A program made the position numbers and the translations under genes. From Candidatus Omnitrophota bacterium (GTDB taxonomy: Bacteria > Omnitrophota > Gorgyraeia > Gygaellales > Gygaellaceae), in assembly GCA_018400015.1 (NCBI GenBank), contig JAGYNB010000004.1:7186-71185 (forward strand): a stretch of DNA of 64,000 nucleotides. The letters run 5' to 3'. Shown here piece by piece: positions 38,476 through 47,060 of this stretch. The number at the start of each line of letters is the position of its first letter. Position 1 is the stretch's first letter. The notes under the pieces are model-generated. The model had not been told where the DNA came from. It made no database searches and saw nothing but the letters and a program-made list of their open reading frames with translations.

Positions 38476-39449
38476 TGATAAGCTTAGGAATAGAGACATC
38501 TTGCGACGAAACATCGGTTTCTTTGGTAAAAGACCATTACAAGGTTCTAGTAAATGAAGTTGTTTCCAGTATTGATTTTCATTGTAAGTACGGCGGTGTA
38601 ATACCTGAAATAGCCTCGCGCATTCATTTAGAAACAATAAATGAAGTCACTAGGTCAGTTTTTAAGAAAACTGCACTCAGTCTAAATGATGTATCCTTGA
38701 TTACGGTTACTGAGTCTCCCGGATTGTTAGGGTCTTTGTTGGTTGGTTTATCCTTCGCAAAAGGTTTGGCTTTGTCTAGTGAGAAACCGTTGATAGGTGT
38801 TAATCATGTTAACGCGCATCTATACCCGGTTTTTTTCCAGAAAGCAAAACCAAGGTTTCCTTTTATTGGGCTTGTTATTTCAGGCGGTCATACAAGTTTA
38901 TTTTTGGTAAAAGATTTCCATAACTTTAAGTTGGTCGGAAGGACCAGAGATGATGCTTGCGGAGAAGCGTTTGACAAGGTTGCAAAATTACTTGGATTAA
39001 AATATCCGGGAGGGCCTGAAATTGAACGCTTGGCAAAAACGGGAAATGCTGATAAAATAAAATTCAGCTTTCCTGGGTTAAAAGACAGTTTTGATTTTAG
39101 TTTTAGCGGGATAAAAACAGCGGTTTACTATTTAGTTAAAAATAAGAAAATATCAGTTAAGAATAAAAAAGATATATGTGCTTCTTTTCAGAAAGCCGTT
39201 ACTAGTATATTGATTGATAAGTCCATCGCAGCGCTTGATAAATATAAAGTGAGGAATTTTGTAATTGGTGGAGGGGTAAGTTTTAATAATTATATAAGGG
39301 ATACTTTTCGAAGTAGTTTTAAGAATAATAAAGTTAAATTATTTATTTCTGAAAAAAAGTATTGTTTGGATAATGCAGCTATGATTGCAGGTTTGGGAAG
39401 TCAATTATATAGGAGCAGGAAGAAAAGAAGCAGATTTTTAATAAATTGA
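38475..39449 (+). CDS. tsaD: tRNA N6-threonylcarbamoyltransferase TsaD
   Basis: LGIETSCDET, GGVIPEIASR, HVNAH, SGGHT, DDACGEAFDK, DNAAMIA. Confidence 0.96.
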   Translation: MISLGIETSCDETSVSLVKDHYKVLVNEVVSSIDFHCKYGGVIPEIASRIHLETINEVTRSVFKKTALSLNDVSLITVTESPGLLGSLLVGLSFAKGLALSSEKPLIGVNHVNAHLYPVFFQKAKPRFPFIGLVISGGHTSLFLVKDFHNFKLVGRTRDDACGEAFDKVAKLLGLKYPGGPEIERLAKTGNADKIKFSFPGLKDSFDFSFSGIKTAVYYLVKNKKISVKNKKDICASFQKAVTSILIDKSIAALDKYKVRNFVIGGGVSFNNYIRDTFRSSFKNNKVKLFISEKKYCLDNAAMIAGLGSQLYRSRKKRSRFLIN

Positions 39450-39456
39450 GTAGAAA

Positions 39457-39909
39457 ATGGATGATAAACAAATTATAACAAGATTAGTTTTAGCGCTGGT
39501 ATTAAGCGGTGCAATAGGCTTAGAGCGGGAAGTTAAGCGTAAGAATGCCGGTCTTCGTACGCATATCTTAGTGTGTTTAGGAAGTTGTCTTATGATGTTG
39601 ACATCTTTGTATATTTTTGATATATATATGATCCAGACAGAGTTTGACCCTATGCGTTTAGCTGCTGGAGTAATAACCGGTATAGGTTTTTTGGGTGCGG
39701 GAGCAATAATTCGTTATGGCGAGGCTGTAAGAGGATTGACGACTGCTGCTACGATATGGATTGTTGCAGGTGTAGGAATTGCTTTGGGTTGCGGTTTTTA
39801 TAAAGGTGCGCTTTATACAACAGGTTTGACATTGTTTGCGCTTTTTATTTTAAGCTGGTTAGAAAGAAGCGTAACAAAGGAGTGTAAAAATGGCAAGGAA
39901 ATTGGTTGA
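39457..39909 (+). CDS. mgtC: MgtC/SapB family membrane protein (TM domain only)
   Basis: IGLERE...AGLRTHILV, RLAAGVITGIGFLGAG, GLTTAATIW. Confidence 0.92.
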   Translation: MDDKQIITRLVLALVLSGAIGLEREVKRKNAGLRTHILVCLGSCLMMLTSLYIFDIYMIQTEFDPMRLAAGVITGIGFLGAGAIIRYGEAVRGLTTAATIWIVAGVGIALGCGFYKGALYTTGLTLFALFILSWLERSVTKECKNGKEIG

Positions 39910-40384
39910 AAAGATACTTGATGTAGATGCAAGTATGCAGGGAACACTTTCTTTTAAAGATCCTGTGAATCTTCGTATAAATGGAAAATTTGAAGGCAAT
40001 CTGGACACTAAAGGTAATCTTACAGTTGGTCCAAAGGCTGTAGTTAGTGCGCATATTGTCGGTGATAATATTTTTATTGCAGGTAAAGTGAAAGGTGATG
40101 TCTTGGCCAGGCAAAAACTAGTTTTACATTCGACAGCTGTTTTAGAAGGTAAAATCAGGGCAATGCGTTTGGTTATTGAAGAAGGCGCTAGATTCGAAGG
40201 TGAATCACAAATGCTGCATGATTTCTTTAGTTCAAAAGAATTAGCAGAGTATCTTGAAATAGATATGGATTCTGTCAGCGAGTGGGCAGCAAGCGGTAAG
40301 ATTCCCAGTGTAAAAGACGGCAATAATTGGAAATTCGAACGCAAAGCCATCGATGATTGGATTGCATCCGGTAAATTACATTAA
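39890..40384 (+). CDS. Bactofilin (polymer-forming cytoskeletal protein) fused to a C-terminal Xis/MerR-like HTH (HTH_17)
   Basis: Beta-helix repeats LRINGKFEGNL, IAGKVKGDV, LEGKI..RLVIEEGARFEG; C-terminal SKELAEYL...WAASGKIPSVK..NNWKF...IDDWI. Confidence 0.88.
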   Translation: MARKLVEKILDVDASMQGTLSFKDPVNLRINGKFEGNLDTKGNLTVGPKAVVSAHIVGDNIFIAGKVKGDVLARQKLVLHSTAVLEGKIRAMRLVIEEGARFEGESQMLHDFFSSKELAEYLEIDMDSVSEWAASGKIPSVKDGNNWKFERKAIDDWIASGKLH

Positions 40385-40397
40385 ACACTTTTAACAC

Positions 40398-40703
40398 ATG
40401 GGCGAAAAGCTACTTACAGTAAGGGAAGTTGCGCATATTTTAAAACTCAATGAAAAAGAAGTTATTGAGCTTGCCGAAAGCGGTGAAATACCTGCCTATA
40501 AGGTTGCAGGTTTGTACTTAAGGTTTAAGAAAGACCAAATCGAGCATATAAAAGAGCGTATTTTTACTAAAAGAGGTCTTCCGATGGAAGTAAGCATGTC
40601 TTTTTGGGAAAGGCTTAGCGATTTTTGGTATTTTAATGATTTTTATATACTTTCCACAATTCTTATTGTTCTCATGTTGTATTTTGTTTTTAATCCGCAA
40701 TAA
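40398..40703 (+). CDS. HTH_17 (excisionase-like) protein with C-terminal TM helix
   Basis: LLTVREVAHIL...GEIPAYKVAGLYLRF; C-terminal FYILSTILIVLMLYFVF. Confidence 0.85.
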   Translation: MGEKLLTVREVAHILKLNEKEVIELAESGEIPAYKVAGLYLRFKKDQIEHIKERIFTKRGLPMEVSMSFWERLSDFWYFNDFYILSTILIVLMLYFVFNPQ

Positions 40704-40723
40704 TTTAAATTATTTCTTAAGTC

Positions 40724-42061
40724 ATGGCACTTTCTGGACTCGATATATATAAATTACTTCCTAAAACAAATTGTAAAAAATGCGGTTTTGCAACTTGTCT
40801 TGCATTTGCAATGCAGCTTGCCAAGAAAGCTTCGTCTGTTGAGAACTGCCCGTTTATTTCTCAGGAAGCAAAGGATAAAATTATTTCTGCTAGTCTTGCG
40901 CCGATTAAGTCAATTTCTTTAGAGAGTCGCTGCGGAGAATTAATTTTAGGCGGTGAAAAAGTTCTTTTTCGCCACGAAGAGAAATTTTTCAATCCTTGTG
41001 CAATTGGTATAATATTTGAAGATAGTCTTTCTGAAGCTAAGTTAATTGAAAAGATTTCTGATGTTAAGCGTCTTAGTTTTGAAAGGGTTGGTGAGATTCT
41101 TACGGTTGATGTCGTCGCTCTTAAATACTCAGGTATTGACGCGGGTAAATATATTGATAGTTTTAAGGCAATAATAAATAATTGTGATTTTGTAGTTGCT
41201 TTGATTTGCGATGATACTGATGTTATTAAAAAGGTAGTTGAAATCGCAAACGGCAGGGATTTGATTATTTATTGTTTCGGCAAGGAATTTGATATCGAGA
41301 AATTTTCTCATTTTGCCAGTAATAAAAATCTTTCTTTCGTTTTGGTTGCAGAAGATTTGGATAGTTTGAATATTTTAACCTTAAAATGCGAGCAGTTAAA
41401 GTTCAAGAATTTGTTAATTGATACTGGAGAAAAGAACTTATCCGATAAGTTATGGGATTTGACCCAGATCAGGAGATTATCTTTAAAAAAACATATTCGT
41501 TCTTTAGGCTATCCTGTATCATGTATCATTGAACAGACAAGTCCGGAAGCGATAATTAACAAAGCCTCTTGCTATATCTTAAAATACGCAAGTATGATCT
41601 TGGTGAAATCCGATGCGCCAGAAGTGATATTTCCGCTTTTAACCTTGAGGCAGAATATTTATAGCGATCCACAAAAACCACTTCAGGTAGAACCAAAGTC
41701 TTATGCTGTCGGACAGGTAGATAAAGATTCACCTGTTCTGGTCACAACTAATTTTTCCCTTTCTTACTTTACCGTTTTATCTGAGGTTGAGGCAAGCCGC
41801 GTTCCTTCTTATATCGTAAGCGTAGATACAGAAGGTATGTCTGTACTTACTGCCTGGGCAGCCGAGAAGCTTACTCCCGAGTCGATTACCAAGGCGCTCG
41901 AAAAAGATAATATTAAGGATAAAGTCGATCATAAAAAACTTGTTATTCCTGGATATGTTTCTGTTATGAGTGGCGATCTGCAAGAAAAAAGCGGTTGGCA
42001 GGTTACTGTAGGCCCGAAAGAAGCTTCAGGCATACCGAGTTTTCTTAAGAAATACAAATAA
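40724..42061 (+). CDS. acsC: Corrinoid iron-sulfur protein large subunit
   Basis: LPKTNCKKCGFATCLAFA...CP [4Fe-4S]; LRQNIYSDPQKP; VTTNFSLSY; SVLTAWAA; GPKEAS. Confidence 0.95.
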   Translation: MALSGLDIYKLLPKTNCKKCGFATCLAFAMQLAKKASSVENCPFISQEAKDKIISASLAPIKSISLESRCGELILGGEKVLFRHEEKFFNPCAIGIIFEDSLSEAKLIEKISDVKRLSFERVGEILTVDVVALKYSGIDAGKYIDSFKAIINNCDFVVALICDDTDVIKKVVEIANGRDLIIYCFGKEFDIEKFSHFASNKNLSFVLVAEDLDSLNILTLKCEQLKFKNLLIDTGEKNLSDKLWDLTQIRRLSLKKHIRSLGYPVSCIIEQTSPEAIINKASCYILKYASMILVKSDAPEVIFPLLTLRQNIYSDPQKPLQVEPKSYAVGQVDKDSPVLVTTNFSLSYFTVLSEVEASRVPSYIVSVDTEGMSVLTAWAAEKLTPESITKALEKDNIKDKVDHKKLVIPGYVSVMSGDLQEKSGWQVTVGPKEASGIPSFLKKYK

Positions 42062-42063
42062 TT

Positions 42064-43965
42064 ATGGATAAAGTAACGGTTAAATTCTTACCTGACAAGA
42101 AGGAAATAAGAGTTTCTCCTGGTGTCACTTTACTTTCCGCAGCATTAGACTGCGGTATTTTTTTAAATTCTCATTGTGCCGGCAATGGAACATGCGGTGG
42201 ATGTAAAGTGAATATAAAAAATGGTCATGTTAAGTCTCCATCTGGACATGATTTTATTGAACACGGGAAAAAACTTAAGACTGTTCTCGCCTGTCAGGCA
42301 ATTGTCGATTCTGATGTGGAAGTTGTGATTTTATCCGAATCAAGAATGCATAAGCTTGATAAGGCAATAATTCCAAAGAACAACAAACAAAGTTTTAATG
42401 TAGAAAATTTATTGTTAAAAAGAGAAAATGATTTTCAGTTCGATCAGCTTCCTTTAGTTGAAAAACTATATATAGAGCTATCGAAGCCGGATATTAATAA
42501 TAATACTGCTGATACAGACAGGCTTTTAAGTGAGTTAAAAAGGATAAAAAATGTAGATTTTATTGATATAGATATTTCAGAAGTGAAAATTATTTCTAGT
42601 CTTTTGAGAAGTTGCCAATGGAAAGTAACCGTAAGTTTATATAAAAAAGATAATTATTTAAAGGTTATTAATTTAGAGCCTTTTGATAAAAGAAATGAAA
42701 ACTATGGTATTGTTTTTGATATCGGGACAACTACAGTAAACGCCTCATTGGTTGATTTTAATGCATATCAAGTGATAACTACAAAATCAAATTATAATAA
42801 ACAGGTTCTTTTGGGAGAAGATATAATTACAAGGATAGTATTTTGCGAAAAGAACGCTGGTTTAAAGCAGATGAATCTTTATCTATTGGAAACTATGAAT
42901 GAGCTTATTAATAGCCTCTTGGGAGAATTAAAATTAAAACTTACAAGCATTAGCTGTTTATTGTGTGTGGGTAATCCTACAATGATGCATCTTTTTTTCA
43001 AAGTAGACCCAGTGTATATAAGAAAACAGCCCTATACGAGCGTTGCTAATGTTTTTCCCGTTGTCAAAGCGAATCAGACAGATTTGGGCGTCTCTCCGTT
43101 TACGATAGTTTGTTCTTTACCAGGAGTTTCTAGTTATGTTGGTTCAGATACAACCAGTGGAATTTTCTATAGCCAGCTATACAAACAAGAAAATCCCTGT
43201 CTTTTTATCGATATTGGGACAAATGGTGAAATTGCTTTAGGTAATAAAGATTGGCTTGTTTGCGCTGCTGCTTCTGCTGGACCTGCTTTTGAAGGAAGCG
43301 GTTTATCAAATGGCATGAGGGCAGCAGAAGGCGCTGTCGAAGATGTAATTATAGATGATGATTTAAATGTTAAAATTAAAACAATAGGTAATTCTTCCGC
43401 AGTAGGTATTTGCGGCACAGGGTATATCAGTCTTATAAATCAGATGCTTAAAAAGGGAATTATTGATAGAAGCGGTTCATTTAAAAACACTGAGAAAATT
43501 GTTAAACGCAACGAAAATAAGTATTTTGTTGTGGTTAAAGCGAATAAAACAAAAAACAAGAAAGATATTATAATTACTAGTTGTGATATTGATAATATCA
43601 AACGCTCAAAGGCAGCTATATATTCTGCTTGTTGTGTCCTTTTAAAAGAAATGCAGCTAAAGTTTGACCAGATAGATAAAGTGTTTATTGCTGGAGGTTT
43701 TGGCACAGCTTTAGATATTGATAGCGCTGTTAATATCGGACTTTTGCCTAATCTGGAGAATAAACAGTTTATTTTTTTAGGTAATGCTGCTTTAAAAGGG
43801 GCCAATATGGCATCTTTTTCTGAAACTGCAAGAAAGGAAATAGATTCAATTGCTTTAAAATTGACCTATTTTGATCTTTCTAGTAATTCGTTATATATGC
43901 AAGAGTACATGTCAGCTTTATTTTTTCCTCACACTGAGCTTTCCAGGTTTTCTTCAAGAGGATAA
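42064..43965 (+). CDS. acsV: ATP-dependent reductive activator of corrinoid protein (RACo/AcsV, ASKHA)
   Basis: [2Fe-2S] CAGNGTCGGC...LACQ; FDIGTTTV; DIGTNGE; AGPAFEG; GICGTG; IAGGFG. Confidence 0.92.
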   Translation: MDKVTVKFLPDKKEIRVSPGVTLLSAALDCGIFLNSHCAGNGTCGGCKVNIKNGHVKSPSGHDFIEHGKKLKTVLACQAIVDSDVEVVILSESRMHKLDKAIIPKNNKQSFNVENLLLKRENDFQFDQLPLVEKLYIELSKPDINNNTADTDRLLSELKRIKNVDFIDIDISEVKIISSLLRSCQWKVTVSLYKKDNYLKVINLEPFDKRNENYGIVFDIGTTTVNASLVDFNAYQVITTKSNYNKQVLLGEDIITRIVFCEKNAGLKQMNLYLLETMNELINSLLGELKLKLTSISCLLCVGNPTMMHLFFKVDPVYIRKQPYTSVANVFPVVKANQTDLGVSPFTIVCSLPGVSSYVGSDTTSGIFYSQLYKQENPCLFIDIGTNGEIALGNKDWLVCAAASAGPAFEGSGLSNGMRAAEGAVEDVIIDDDLNVKIKTIGNSSAVGICGTGYISLINQMLKKGIIDRSGSFKNTEKIVKRNENKYFVVVKANKTKNKKDIIITSCDIDNIKRSKAAIYSACCVLLKEMQLKFDQIDKVFIAGGFGTALDIDSAVNIGLLPNLENKQFIFLGNAALKGANMASFSETARKEIDSIALKLTYFDLSSNSLYMQEYMSALFFPHTELSRFSSRG

Positions 43966-44004
43966 ATACATCTTTATTAGGTAAATAAGCCAGGGTTAAA
44001 ATGC

Positions 44005-44033
44005 TTGATTAAATCAGCGTTATAAAGTATAAT
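44005..44033 (+). promoter_or_regulatory. Sigma70 promoter of acsD-acsE
   Basis: TTGATT-17 nt-TATAAT. Confidence 0.6.
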
Positions 44034-44069
44034 ACTCCATTTGAAGAAGGTTTACTAATAATTTAGACT

Positions 44070-45020
44070 ATGGAATTAGAATATATTGAAAAAAGCTCAA
44101 ATAGTATTACCAGTGTTATATTAGGCACAGGAAGCACTTCTCTTAAGGTAGGTGGAGAAGATGCTTTGCCTTTTTTATACAGGGAAGGTAAAAATGTCAG
44201 TCTGCCTATTATTGCCCATGAGGTTTTTGATTCAGCACCCAGTGATTGGGCTAAAAGCTTAAAAGATGAATTTAAAAGTGTTATAAATAAGCCAATTGAA
44301 TGGGCCTTGTATTGTAAGAATGAGTTGAACGCAAAGCTTATATGTTTAAGGCTATCTAGCGCGCATCCTGATTTTGGCAATAATTCAGCTGATAAATTAG
44401 CTAAGCTTTGTAGGGATATTTATGCAAAAGTTAACCTTCCTATGGTTATAATAGGTTGCGGAGACGATAAGAAAGATAATCAAGTTTTGCCTGAATGTTC
44501 CAAAGCCTTAAAAGGAAAAAATTGTTATTTTGGTAATACTACAATAGATAACTATAAGACAATTGCCGCTTCTTGTATTGCCGATGGTAATGGAGTAATT
44601 GCGCATTCTCCGATAGATATTAATATTGCAAAACAGCTTAATATACTTATTAATGAAGTAGGTCTACCGTTAGATAAGGTTATTATCAATCCTACCGTAG
44701 GCGCGTTAGGATATGGTTTGGAATATGCTTATTCAATAATGGAAAGGGCGCGTCTTGCTGCTTTGATGGGGGACAAGATGTTGGCCTTGCCTTTTATCTG
44801 TTTTATCGCCCAGGAATCATGGAGGGCAAAAGAGTCGAAAGCAAGCGAAAAAGATAATCCGGATTGGGGAAAAGAGCTTGAACGAGGCATATATTGGGAA
44901 GCAGTAACTGCCAATTCATTTTTACATGCAGGAGCGGATATTTTGGTTATGCGTCATCCTAAGGCAGTGGAAATCGTAAGTAAAGCCATAAAAGAATTAA
45001 CAAATAAAGGAATCAAGTAA
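44070..45020 (+). CDS. acsD: Corrinoid iron-sulfur protein small subunit
   Basis: VGGEDALPF, SPIDINIAKQLN, GALGYGLEYAYSIMERARLAALMGD, MRHP. Confidence 0.95.
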   Translation: MELEYIEKSSNSITSVILGTGSTSLKVGGEDALPFLYREGKNVSLPIIAHEVFDSAPSDWAKSLKDEFKSVINKPIEWALYCKNELNAKLICLRLSSAHPDFGNNSADKLAKLCRDIYAKVNLPMVIIGCGDDKKDNQVLPECSKALKGKNCYFGNTTIDNYKTIAASCIADGNGVIAHSPIDINIAKQLNILINEVGLPLDKVIINPTVGALGYGLEYAYSIMERARLAALMGDKMLALPFICFIAQESWRAKESKASEKDNPDWGKELERGIYWEAVTANSFLHAGADILVMRHPKAVEIVSKAIKELTNKGIK

Positions 45021-45797
45021 ATGTTTATAGTTGGTGAGTTGATTAATGGAATGTATAAACAAGTTGCTAAAGCCATTGCCGATAAGGATAAAGTTTTTAT
45101 TCAGGATTTGGCAAAGAAACAGGTTGAGGCAGGTTCTTTTGCTTTGGATTTAAACTGCGGCCCACAAAGTAAAGATCCTTTAAATGATATGATTTGGTTG
45201 GTTGAGACAATTCAAGAAGTAACCGATAAGATACTTTGTATCGATAGTACAAAGTACGAAGTTATAAAAAAGGCTGTTGAGATTGCAAAAAATAAAACTA
45301 TGATTAATTCTGCAAATGCCGAAGATGAGAAATTGGAGAATTTAGTGCCTTTAGCGCAAAAACACAATAGCGCTTTAATTGCTTTAGCTATGGATAAAAA
45401 AGGTATCCCCCAGAACAAGGAGCAAAGATTAGAGTTAGCTGCTAAGATAATCGGTTTTACACAAGAATCCGGTTTTGATATGCAGAATTTATTTTTAGAT
45501 CCTGTTCTTATGCCGATAAACGTTGCACAGGCACAGTTGGTAGAGATACTCGATACAATAAGAGATTTTAAGATTTTAACCGAACCAAGCCCTAAAACTA
45601 TTGTGGGTTTAAGCAATATTTCACAAGGTGCCAAAGCAAGAAGTATAATAAACAGAACCTTTGCTGTTATGGGTCTTTCTTACGGCTTAGATAGCGCAAT
45701 ATTAGATCCATTGGATAAAAAATTAATTGATGCCATTAAGGCAGCCGAATTGGTTTTGAATAAGAATATATATTGCGATTCTTTTCTTGGCGCTTAA
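45021..45797 (+). CDS. acsE: Methyltetrahydrofolate:corrinoid Fe-S protein methyltransferase
   Basis: IVGELING, LDLNCG, IDST, MINSA, LDP, VGLSNISQG pterin-binding barrel; adjacent to acsD. Confidence 0.9.
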   Translation: MFIVGELINGMYKQVAKAIADKDKVFIQDLAKKQVEAGSFALDLNCGPQSKDPLNDMIWLVETIQEVTDKILCIDSTKYEVIKKAVEIAKNKTMINSANAEDEKLENLVPLAQKHNSALIALAMDKKGIPQNKEQRLELAAKIIGFTQESGFDMQNLFLDPVLMPINVAQAQLVEILDTIRDFKILTEPSPKTIVGLSNISQGAKARSIINRTFAVMGLSYGLDSAILDPLDKKLIDAIKAAELVLNKNIYCDSFLGA

Positions 45798-45818
45798 GAA
45801 AAAAAAGGAGAAAAAGTT

Positions 45819-46085
45819 ATGTCAGCGGGAGTCGGAGGAATTACAAAGAAGTTTTACCGTGAAACAAGAGGTTTAAAAGTTACTGGTAGTCAGAGTGTTA
45901 AAAAAAGCACTCTTTTGACCCGGCAGGGCAATAAGTGGCTTCCTGGTCTTAATGTAAGCGGCAAAGGCGGTTCTTTATATGCACTTTGCGATGGAGAAGT
46001 TTACTTCACCAGGAAAAGAGGCACTTATAGAAGGGCTAAAAGCTATACATACATAAATATTCGGCCGGTAAAGAAGAAAAATTAA
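45819..46085 (+). CDS. rpmA: Divergent ribosomal protein bL27
   Basis: GLKVTGSQSV...LLTRQGNKWLPGLNV...SLYALCDGEVYF aligns by eye to the L27 core; SD AAGGAG. Confidence 0.75.
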   Translation: MSAGVGGITKKFYRETRGLKVTGSQSVKKSTLLTRQGNKWLPGLNVSGKGGSLYALCDGEVYFTRKRGTYRRAKSYTYINIRPVKKKN

Positions 46086-46115
46086 ATAAGCGTAGAGCAC
46101 CCTTTGTTTTAAAAC

Positions 46116-46592
46116 ATGATTAATGAACAAGTAAGAAAACTTCTTGAAGATAATTTATTTATAAACATCGCTACTTCTGATTCTGATAGAAGGCCGAATG
46201 TTGCTCCGAAGTTTTTGTTAAAAATCGATAAATGTCATATTTTTTTGGCTGATTATGTAATTAGCCGGACCTGGAGAAATTTAAAAGAAAATCCGCAAGT
46301 CTCCATGTCGATAGTTGACCACGAGAGTTTAGTAGGTTTTCAGCTTAACGGTAAGGCACAAATCGTAAAAGATAAAAAGCTGTATAGTGAATTGATGCAG
46401 GATTTGCAAAAAAGGCAGATAAGCCAATCAAGTAAACGTGTAGTAGAGGGTTTACATAGGGGCAAAAAGCATATTAACTTTGAAGTGGTATTTTCTGAAA
46501 AAACTGCTTTTTTCAAAATAGAAGTTAATGAAGTTGTTGAAATAAGCCCTACAGGCGAATTAAAGATCGACAAAACTTGTTCTAGTAATTAG
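46116..46592 (+). CDS. Pyridoxamine 5'-phosphate oxidase-like FMN-binding split-barrel protein
   Basis: IATSDSDRRPNVAPK, RTWRNLKENPQVS, FQLNGKA. Confidence 0.85.
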   Translation: MINEQVRKLLEDNLFINIATSDSDRRPNVAPKFLLKIDKCHIFLADYVISRTWRNLKENPQVSMSIVDHESLVGFQLNGKAQIVKDKKLYSELMQDLQKRQISQSSKRVVEGLHRGKKHINFEVVFSEKTAFFKIEVNEVVEISPTGELKIDKTCSSN

Positions 46593-46601
46593 ACAATGAT
46601 T

Positions 46602-46678
46602 GGCGGAGTAGCTCAGCCTGATAGAGCACACGGCTCATACCCGTTTGGTCGACGGTTTGAATCCGTCCTCCGCCACCA
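46602..46678 (+). tRNA. tRNA-Met(CAT), elongator type, atypical elbow
   Basis: GGCGGAG/CTCCGCC acceptor with G1:C72; ACGG-CTCATAC-CCGT; T loop TTTGAAT; encoded CCA. Confidence 0.88.
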
Positions 46679-46694
46679 TAAAGAAGGAGGCAAT

Positions 46695-46892
46695 ATGTTG
46701 AACGAATTAAACAAAAAAGCAAGCAGGCTTAGTTATGTCGATATAAAGTTTCTTGAAGTTGCGCTTTTGACGTTAGGGGTTATTTTGACAAAATTGTTTC
46801 CGAAAGTTCTTGAAATAAGTTTTCCTGTTTTGATTGCTGCAGCAATACTCTTTTCTATAAAACCATTCTATAGTTTTTGGTTAAAAAAATAA
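46695..46892 (+). CDS. Small two-TM membrane protein (65 aa), unknown function
   Basis: SD AAGGAGG before ATG 46695; two hydrophobic segments. Confidence 0.75.
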   Translation: MLNELNKKASRLSYVDIKFLEVALLTLGVILTKLFPKVLEISFPVLIAAAILFSIKPFYSFWLKK

Positions 46893-46899
46893 ACTGATT

Positions 46900-47025
46900 A
46901 TGAAAAAAATAAGAATAGAGATTTTAATAGTACTTTTTTTATTTACTTTTTTTAGTATTTTGGCTTTTTCAGCATACTCCTTTCCCAACAGAATTATTCA
47001 TGTTTATTCTGTTATTCAAAAGTGA
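46900..47025 (+). CDS. Putative 41-aa single-TM peptide
   Basis: MKKIRIEILIVLFLFTFFSILAFSAYSFPNRIIHVYSVIQK; translated by hand; no SD. Confidence 0.4.
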   Translation: MKKIRIEILIVLFLFTFFSILAFSAYSFPNRIIHVYSVIQK

Positions 47026-47060
47026 TTAAGTTTGTAATTTCTTTTTAATCGGGCCTTTTT

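Noticed and set aside
39890-40703. Excisionase-like HTHs as evidence of a prophage or ICE
   Set aside because: There is no integrase, att repeat or phage gene; the domains are fused to bactofilin or a TM helix within a housekeeping run.
45021-45797. Second dihydropteroate synthase
   Set aside because: It has the same pterin-binding fold, but its motifs and context match AcsE; the true folP is at 50032.
46596-46694. N-terminal extension of the 98-aa ORF (MIGGVAQPDRAHGS...)
   Set aside because: It is a translation of the tRNA-Met gene; the real start is ATG 46695 after AAGGAGG.
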